Source: Actinomycetota bacterium (lineage in GTDB: Bacteria > Actinomycetota > UBA4738 > HRBIN12). From it: a stretch of DNA of 64,000 nucleotides. Positions 59,348 to 64,000 of this stretch are shown here, one piece after another. The notes beneath the pieces are model-generated. The model was not told the DNA's origin and made no database searches. It worked only from the letters and a program-made list of their open reading frames with translations. The DNA lies in the NCBI GenBank assembly GCA_035573995.1, contig DATLZM010000004.1:7649-71648 (forward strand), read 5' to 3'. A program made the translations under genes and the position numbers. Positions within the stretch are counted from its first letter, which is position 1. Each line of letters starts with the position of its first letter.

Positions 59348-60370
59348 GTGGAGGCGTCCGCGTGGCCCCCCGGCCCGCTCCCCGCCGGCAAGCTCCCGGT
59401 GGGGCTGCTCGACGGCCTGCTCGCGCGCCTCCCCCCGCCTCCGCCCGAGGTCCGGCTGGGCCCGCGCGTGGGGGAGGACGCCGCGGCGATCGAGGTCCCG
59501 GCCGGGACGCTGGTCGTGGCCACCGACCCCATCACGCTCACCTCGCGGGACGTCGGCCGGTTCGCCATCGTGATCAACGCGAACGACGTGGCCGTCACCG
59601 GGGCCCGCCCGCGGTGGTTCCTGGCCGCCGTCCTCCTGCCGCCGGGGACGACCGCGGGCGACGTCGAGGGGCTCTTCGATGGGATGGCCGAAGGCCTCGC
59701 CGCCGCGGGGGTCTCCCTCGTCGGCGGCCACACCGAGGTCACGGCCGCCGTGTCCCAGCCGGTCGTCGTGGGCCAGATGCTCGGCCTGGCGGAGGACGGA
59801 CGCATCGTCGAGACCGGCGGCATGCGCGCGGGCGATGCGGTCCTCCAGGTGGGGCCCGCCCCGATCGAGGGGGCGGCGGTCCTGGCCGCGGAGGCGGCGG
59901 AGCGGCTCGGGGGGCTCGACCCCTCGGTCGTGGAGGCCGCCCTCCGGGCCGCCTCCGATCCGGGGATCTCGGTCGTGGAGCCGGCGCTCCTCGCCCGGGA
60001 CCTGGGCGCGACCTCGCTCCACGACCCGACCGAGGGGGGCCTCGCGTCGGGCCTCCACGAGATGGCCCGCGCGTCGGGTCTGGCGATCGAGGTCGACCCC
60101 GAGGCGGTCCTGTGGTTCGAGCCGGGCGTCGCCGTCTGCCGGGCCCTGGGGGCCGACCCGTGGGCCACGCTCGCCTCGGGGACCCTGCTGGCGGCGTTCC
60201 CATCGGAGCGGGCGGAGGACGCCCGGCGCGCGCTGGAGGGGGAGGGCCACGGCGCCGCGATCGTCGGGGTGGCGGTCGAGGGGAGCGGGGTGCGGGACCG
60301 CGCGGGCCGGCCGGTGCCGTGGCCCGAGCGGGACGAGGTCGCGCGGGTGGTCTCCGCCGGCGGGCCGTGA
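59348..60370 (+). CDS. AIR synthase-related (PurM/HypE/ThiL-fold) protein, copy 2
   Basis: 340-aa ORF colinear with 3959..5056 (GEDAAAIEV...VVATDPITL...RFAIVINANDVAVTGARPRWF...VGGHTEVT...). Divergent from the P-type ATPase. Confidence 0.8.
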   Translation: MEASAWPPGPLPAGKLPVGLLDGLLARLPPPPPEVRLGPRVGEDAAAIEVPAGTLVVATDPITLTSRDVGRFAIVINANDVAVTGARPRWFLAAVLLPPGTTAGDVEGLFDGMAEGLAAAGVSLVGGHTEVTAAVSQPVVVGQMLGLAEDGRIVETGGMRAGDAVLQVGPAPIEGAAVLAAEAAERLGGLDPSVVEAALRAASDPGISVVEPALLARDLGATSLHDPTEGGLASGLHEMARASGLAIEVDPEAVLWFEPGVAVCRALGADPWATLASGTLLAAFPSERAEDARRALEGEGHGAAIVGVAVEGSGVRDRAGRPVPWPERDEVARVVSAGGP

Positions 60371-60473
60371 GGCGGGGATGTCGCCCCGTCCCTCGGGGGT
60401 CCACCGGGCCTTGCCGGGGCGGCCGCCCTGCGGCATGGTGGGGTCGTCACGTCGCGACGAGAGGAGGTGTCGC

Positions 60474-60689
60474 ATGCACCGCCACGACGCCGTCGTGCAC
60501 GCGCACGAGCACGCCCACGTGGTCCACTACCTCCGCCACGGGACCACCTGGGAGCACCTGCAGGCCACCCACGACCACGAGCACAACCACCCGGCGGTCG
60601 AGCACGAGCACCCCGACCACGAGGACCCGGAGAAGGAGCACCGCCGGGAGGGCCACATCCACGACCACGCGCACCCGACCACGGACTGA
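60474..60689 (+). CDS. 71-aa histidine-rich protein (21 His), putative metal-binding
   Basis: ATG 60474 preceded by GAGAGGAGGTGTCGC. MHRHDAVVHAHEHAHVVHYLRHGTTWEHLQATHDHEHNHPAVEHEHPDHEDPEKEHRREGHIHDHAHPTTD (tail of ORF 59679..60689). Confidence 0.6.
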   Translation: MHRHDAVVHAHEHAHVVHYLRHGTTWEHLQATHDHEHNHPAVEHEHPDHEDPEKEHRREGHIHDHAHPTTD

Positions 60690-60776
60690 GCTCCGAAGGT
60701 CCCGTCCGCGGCGGGCCACCGGGCCCGCGCGGCGGTCGGGCCGCGGTGGCACGGTACGGCGCGAGGAGGCCCGAGC

Positions 60777-61226
60777 GTGGCGCGGGACGCGAGGACGAGG
60801 ATCCTGCTGGTGCAGTCGGACCGGCGGCTGCGCGACCTGCTCGCGCCGTGGCTCCCCGGCGTCGGTTTCGAGGTCGCGGCCTGCCCCGAGCGGGCCCGGG
60901 ACGGCTGCCCGCCCCCCGAGGGGTGCGGGCTCGCGGAGGACGTCGATCTGGTCGTGCTGGACCTCGAGCTCGAGAGCTGGCGCCTGCCCTGCGGGATCCC
61001 GGCCTGGGAGTTGCTCCAGCTCTACCGCTCGCGGGACAAGCCGGTGCTCGTGCTCGCGGGCGCCGACGACCTCGTCCGGCCGGTCCCCGGCGACCGCCTC
61101 GGCGTCCTCCGGCGACCCCCGGACCGGGAGACGTTCCTCGAGGCCGTCCGCGTCCTGCTCCTCGACCACCCGCTCGCGCCGGCCGGCCCCGGGGAGGTCG
61201 GGGCGCCGGCCGCCGACCGGGGCTAG
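60777..61226 (+). CDS. stand-alone receiver-like domain protein (atypical active-site residues)
   Basis: RILLVQSDRRLRDLL...DLVVLDLEL...PVLVLAGADD...LRRPPDRETFLEAV has the CheY-like layout. The acidic pair, the Thr/Ser and the Lys are substituted. Confidence 0.4.
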   Translation: MARDARTRILLVQSDRRLRDLLAPWLPGVGFEVAACPERARDGCPPPEGCGLAEDVDLVVLDLELESWRLPCGIPAWELLQLYRSRDKPVLVLAGADDLVRPVPGDRLGVLRRPPDRETFLEAVRVLLLDHPLAPAGPGEVGAPAADRG

Positions 61227-61253
61227 CGGCCGCCGGCCAGCCTCCTCGGACGG

Positions 61254-62135
61254 TCAGCCCGCGGCCCGCACCGGGATGGCGAGGGCGAACCGGAGGGGGT
61301 CGGCCCCGAGGGCCGCGGCGTCCGCCATCCGCTGGATCGCGTCCGGGCCGGCGTGGCGGACCTGGGGAGCCGCCATCTCCCGGCGCTCGACCTCCCGGGG
61401 GTCGACGTAGCCCAGGGCGATCACCAGGCCCCGGGTCGCGCCGCTCGCCGCGATCCGGAGGTAGGCGTGGTTCAGGGCGTCGTGGCCGACCACGACGCCG
61501 GCGTCCGGCTCCACGACCGCGATCGCGAGGTCGCCGGCGAGGACCAGGTCCCGGTCCAGGCGGTGCGGGATCCCCGCGGCCTCGAGGACGGCCCGGAGGA
61601 GGTCGGTCGGGTCGTCGGGGTTCCGCACCCGGTCCCGGACCGACGGCGGGAGCTCGAAGCGGTCGAGCAGGGTGCGGGGCGGGGGCTCTGGAGGCCCGGA
61701 GGCGACCGGCGGCCGCGCCGCCCCGCCCAGCTCCTCCTCCCGGAGGTGCCGCGCGGGGTCGGGGGCCGCGGCCCGTCGCGGCCGGGGCTCGTAGAGCGGC
61801 GGCGGCACGTCGATCCTGGGCGGGGGCGGGGACCTCCGGCTGACGCGCCCGAGGACCCGGCCGCCCCGCGCGCGAACCTCGACCTCCACCGCGTCGGGGA
61901 GGAGGGCGAAGACGCGGGCGGCGGCGTCGTGGACCAGCCGCCGCACGATGGGGGAGGAGGGATCGGCGTCGTCGAGCTCGAGCGTCACCGCGGCTCGCCC
62001 GGACGCGTCGACCGCGAGGGCGGGCCGGCCCTCGGCCGCCGGTGCGCGGGCCCGGGTCCTCGCGAGCACGACCCCCAGGGTCGCGACCGCGAGGGCCCCG
62101 ACCGCCACCGCGATCCAAGCCCAACCCTCCGGCAC
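61254..62135 (-). CDS. hypothetical membrane-anchored protein
   Basis: GTG 62135 with GGGGAGGAAG upstream. N-terminal TM (WAWIAVAVGALAVATLGVVLA), Pro-rich linker, and a C-terminal globular part (…DLAIAVVEPDAGVVVGHDALNHAYLRIAASGATRGLVIALGYVDPREVERRE…). Confidence 0.45.
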   Translation of the reverse strand: MPEGWAWIAVAVGALAVATLGVVLARTRARAPAAEGRPALAVDASGRAAVTLELDDADPSSPIVRRLVHDAAARVFALLPDAVEVEVRARGGRVLGRVSRRSPPPPRIDVPPPLYEPRPRRAAAPDPARHLREEELGGAARPPVASGPPEPPPRTLLDRFELPPSVRDRVRNPDDPTDLLRAVLEAAGIPHRLDRDLVLAGDLAIAVVEPDAGVVVGHDALNHAYLRIAASGATRGLVIALGYVDPREVERREMAAPQVRHAGPDAIQRMADAAALGADPLRFALAIPVRAAG

Positions 62136-62151
62136 CGCGCTTCCTCCCCGC

Positions 62152-62778
62152 CTACTCGGTCCCCGAGGGGACGACCCACTGCTCGACGATCCAGCCGTGC
62201 TCGACGCGGAGCCGGCTCTCGCCCCCGGGCGCCTCGTCGGTCGGGTGCCAGACCACCTGTGCCCCCTCCTCCTCGCCGGCGAGCTCGACCTCCTCGGTGC
62301 CCATCCCGAACAGCGGGCACGTCGGGAGGTAGCCCCGGATCCGGCGCCGACCCTCCAGGGTCTCGGATCCGACGTGGAGCCGGGCGTCGGGGGCGTACAG
62401 CACCGCGGCGGCCTCCGCGTCCCGCTCCTCCATGGCGACGAGCCAACGCCTGGCCACCTCGAGCGGCGGGAGCGGGAGCGGGTCGGGGTCGGGGTGGCGG
62501 TGGGTGAGCGGGGGGCGGCCCTTCTCCTCGGGGCGCGCCGCGCCCACCAGGTCGCCGAACCGGCGCTGCCGGTTCGAGACCCTCGTCCCCTCCCGGAGCC
62601 GCACGGCCACGGCCCGCTCGACCTCGCCCTCGCGGAGCACGTCGAACCGCACGCGCGCCCCGGTGACCCGCGCGGCGGGCTGCACGTCGCGCGCCCGCAC
62701 CGGGTACTCGCGGGTCCCGTGCTCGACGACCCCCTCGCCGGTCCTGGGGTCGAACCACTTCATCCGACCGATCGGCAT
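62152..62778 (-). CDS. cold-shock-domain-like N-terminus fused to an NTF2/SnoaL-like domain
   Basis: 208 aa from ATG 62778: MPIGRMKWFDPRTGEGVVEHGTREYPVRARDV (CSD-like), then RRWLVAMEERDAEAAAVLYAPDARLHVG...HGWIVEQW. Confidence 0.5.
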   Translation of the reverse strand: MPIGRMKWFDPRTGEGVVEHGTREYPVRARDVQPAARVTGARVRFDVLREGEVERAVAVRLREGTRVSNRQRRFGDLVGAARPEEKGRPPLTHRHPDPDPLPLPPLEVARRWLVAMEERDAEAAAVLYAPDARLHVGSETLEGRRRIRGYLPTCPLFGMGTEEVELAGEEEGAQVVWHPTDEAPGGESRLRVEHGWIVEQWVVPSGTE

Positions 62779-62858
62779 CGCACCACCAGCGTGGCACGGC
62801 CGCGCCCGCCCCGGCCAGGGCCGGCCGGCCTTCCGGGCGCCGGGCCTCCGCCCCTCGG

Positions 62859-63539
62859 TCAGGGTACGCGGGCCCGACCCCTCTGCGCGCGCAGGGTCAG
62901 GCGGTCCTCCACGCCGACCACGCCGTCCACCCGGCGGACCACGTCCAGGAGGATCTCCCGCTCCTCGTCCTCGACCTCGCCGCCGAGGCGGACGACCCCC
63001 CGCTGGACCTCCGCGTGGATGGCCCAGGGGTCCGACCACAGCCCCCGCCGGATCACGTCGCCCTCGATCTCCGCCCGGATCTCCTCGTCGCTGCGGAGGA
63101 ACGGACGCAGGAGGTCGCCCCGGCTCACGATCCCGACCAGCCGTCCCTCCTCGTCCACCACCGGGAGGCGCTTCACGCCGGCGTCGAGCAGGGTCCGGAT
63201 CGCGAGCCGCACCGGGTCCTGCGGCCGGGCCGTCACCACCTGCCTCGTCATCAGGTCCCGGGCCCGGAGGTCGCGGGCGGCGCGCTCGGCCCGCTCGAGG
63301 AGCCGACGGTCGACGAACCACTCGAGGAAGCGCCGCCGACGGCGGGGCTCCACCGCGGCCCGCTCCGCCCCCAGGAGGTCGGCCTCGGTGACGATGCCCA
63401 CCAGCCGGCCGTCGTGGACGATCGGGATCCCGCTCACGCCTCGCTCGTACATCAGCCGGGCGAGGTCCTTGAACGAGGCCTCCGGGGGCGCCGTCACGAC
63501 GTCCCGGGTCATCACGTCCTGCACCTTGGTGATCCTCAT
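62859..63539 (-). CDS. CBS-CBS-BON domain protein, paralog 3
   Basis: VQDVMTRDVVTA...VSGIPIVHDGRLVGIVTEADLL; ARDLMTRQVVTA...VKRLPVVDEEGRLVGIVSRGDLL; BON: EVQRGVVRLGGEVEDEEREILLDVVRRVDGVVGVEDRL. Confidence 0.85.
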   Translation of the reverse strand: MRITKVQDVMTRDVVTAPPEASFKDLARLMYERGVSGIPIVHDGRLVGIVTEADLLGAERAAVEPRRRRRFLEWFVDRRLLERAERAARDLRARDLMTRQVVTARPQDPVRLAIRTLLDAGVKRLPVVDEEGRLVGIVSRGDLLRPFLRSDEEIRAEIEGDVIRRGLWSDPWAIHAEVQRGVVRLGGEVEDEEREILLDVVRRVDGVVGVEDRLTLRAQRGRARVP

Positions 63540-63640
63540 GGCCCCCTCCTTCGCCGGCCGGTCGCATCGTGCCCGCCGCCCGCCCCTTCGCGGGGAGCCG
63601 GAGGGCCTCCTTCCGCCGGGCCCTCCGGCCGGGAAGGCCG

Positions 63641-63670
63641 GAGGGGCGGGGATGAGGGTCCCCGCCCCTC
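63641..63670 (-). terminator. 12-bp GC hairpin after the DoxD-like gene
   Basis: gaGGGGCGGGGA tgaggg TCCCCGCCCCtc, 25 nt after the stop at 63696. A second 11-bp hairpin (63597-63629, CCGGAGGGCC...GGCCCTCCGG) follows it. Confidence 0.4.
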
Positions 63671-63695
63671 CGGGTCCCGGGTGGGCGACCGGGCG

Positions 63696-64000
63696 CTACC
63701 TGAGGATCGGGTGCCGCTGCACGATCGGCAGCCGCTCCCAGTACCCGCCGAGCCCCAGGTACCGGCCCGCGTCGATCGCCGCGAGGCCGGCCAGGACGAT
63801 CGCGTACACGACGTGGTCGTCCACGAACGGGTTGTGCTGGGGCCAGATCGACGTGGCGGTGTAGAAGATCGCCATCCACACGATGCCGCCGAAGGCCGCG
63901 ATCCGGGTCATGACGCCCGAGATCAGCCCCAGGCCGATCAGCAGCATGGACAGCATGTAGACCCAGTCGACCCAGGCCGGCGGGTTCGCCACCGGGCCCT
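63696..64000 (-). CDS. DoxX/DoxD-family membrane protein, C-terminal part (gene runs off window end)
   Basis: WVDWVYMLSMLLIGLGLISGVMTRIAAFGGIVWMAIFYTATSIWPQHNPFVDDHVVYAIVLAGLAAIDAGRYLGLG. The frame is open to position 64000. Confidence 0.6.
   Translation of the reverse strand, partial: GPVANPPAWVDWVYMLSMLLIGLGLISGVMTRIAAFGGIVWMAIFYTATSIWPQHNPFVDDHVVYAIVLAGLAAIDAGRYLGLGGYWERLPIVQRHPILR

Noticed and set aside
52795-61410. 2871-aa plus-strand ORF, with similar giants at 52883..58153 (-), 48510..53282 (+) and 41670..44792 (+)
   Set aside because: They are Arg/Gly/Pro-dominated low-complexity translations lying antisense to, or out of frame with, genes that have unmistakable motifs (PFOR, P-type ATPase, DHOD-like, ADH). 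They are typical stop-codon-poor artefacts of very high GC. Only the last 151 codons of 41670..44792 (OsmC) are real.
59266-62124. N-terminal ~950 residues of the 1824-aa ORF that ends as the P-type ATPase
   Set aside because: ATPase homology begins at about 59265. The upstream part is Pro/Arg/Gly-rich and runs antisense through the PurM-like, His-rich and receiver genes, and out of frame through 61254..62135.
17064-63695. Canonical mycobacterial DosR box (TTSGGGACTWWAGTCCCSAA) in promoters of the island
   Set aside because: Reading the intergenic regions by eye I found only half-sites (for example TTCGGGAC upstream of hsp20) and differently arranged GGTCC/GGACC palindromes. I found no full consensus box, so I do not claim DosR-box regulation.

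Overview
Very GC-rich (not computed), densely coding chromosome segment of actinobacterial type: a Bpa proteasome activator, a mycothiol-type DinB enzyme, the galU-moeA neighbourhood and strong GGAGG ribosome-binding sites all point that way. The GC bias fills the six-frame track with long antisense and read-through ORFs. I accepted only frames with protein-like composition, recognisable family motifs, a Shine-Dalgarno sequence or start/stop coupling, and trimmed starts accordingly. That leaves about 70 protein genes, 2 tRNAs (Arg-CCT, Ala-CGC), and several decayed genes and IS relics.

Gene order:
- Tail of an aa3 oxidase operon (ctaC-ctaD), an IS110 relic, an Er-VIT1 iron exporter, DUF2269, a PurM-like protein and tRNA-Arg.
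- A GT-C glycosyltransferase, a SAF/CpaB protein, an ECF sigma factor with a membrane partner, and MTAP.
- A Ruc-like zinc ribbon divergent from galU-moeA-moaC and a GlpR/SepX-like membrane protein.
- A translin-like protein, a DinB/MDMPI enzyme, SHOCT and PspC proteins, tRNA-Ala and an orphan antitoxin.

From about 17 kb onward the window reads like a hypoxia/redox-stress island:
- A DevS-type heme-GAF kinase and a DevR/DosR-type regulator bracket four genes.
- Three CBS-CBS-BON paralogs, Hsp20, a CtpF-like P-type ATPase, and PFOR with a DHOD-like partner.
- Two Zn-ADHs, an aquaporin, an SQR-like enzyme with DUF1641, a thioredoxin-fold PDO with OsmC, and a second Er-VIT1 and a second PurM-like paralog.

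The most unusual items:
- A translationally coupled six-gene operon joining a NarB/NasA-type molybdoenzyme and a 4-cluster ferredoxin to a NarI-like cytochrome b, a Tat-signal Rieske protein and an HPP (nitrite-transporter family) protein.
- A second, A2-type heme-copper oxidase operon. Its subunit II carries a C-terminal blue-copper domain where caa3 oxidases carry cytochrome c, and a hemerythrin gene precedes it.
- A 71-aa protein that is 30 % histidine.
- Perfect palindromes upstream of devR and ADH2.
- Two frameshifted genes, a 36-bp perfect tandem duplication and a 15/16-nt minisatellite.

All functional calls rest on motif recognition from memory. No searches were run.
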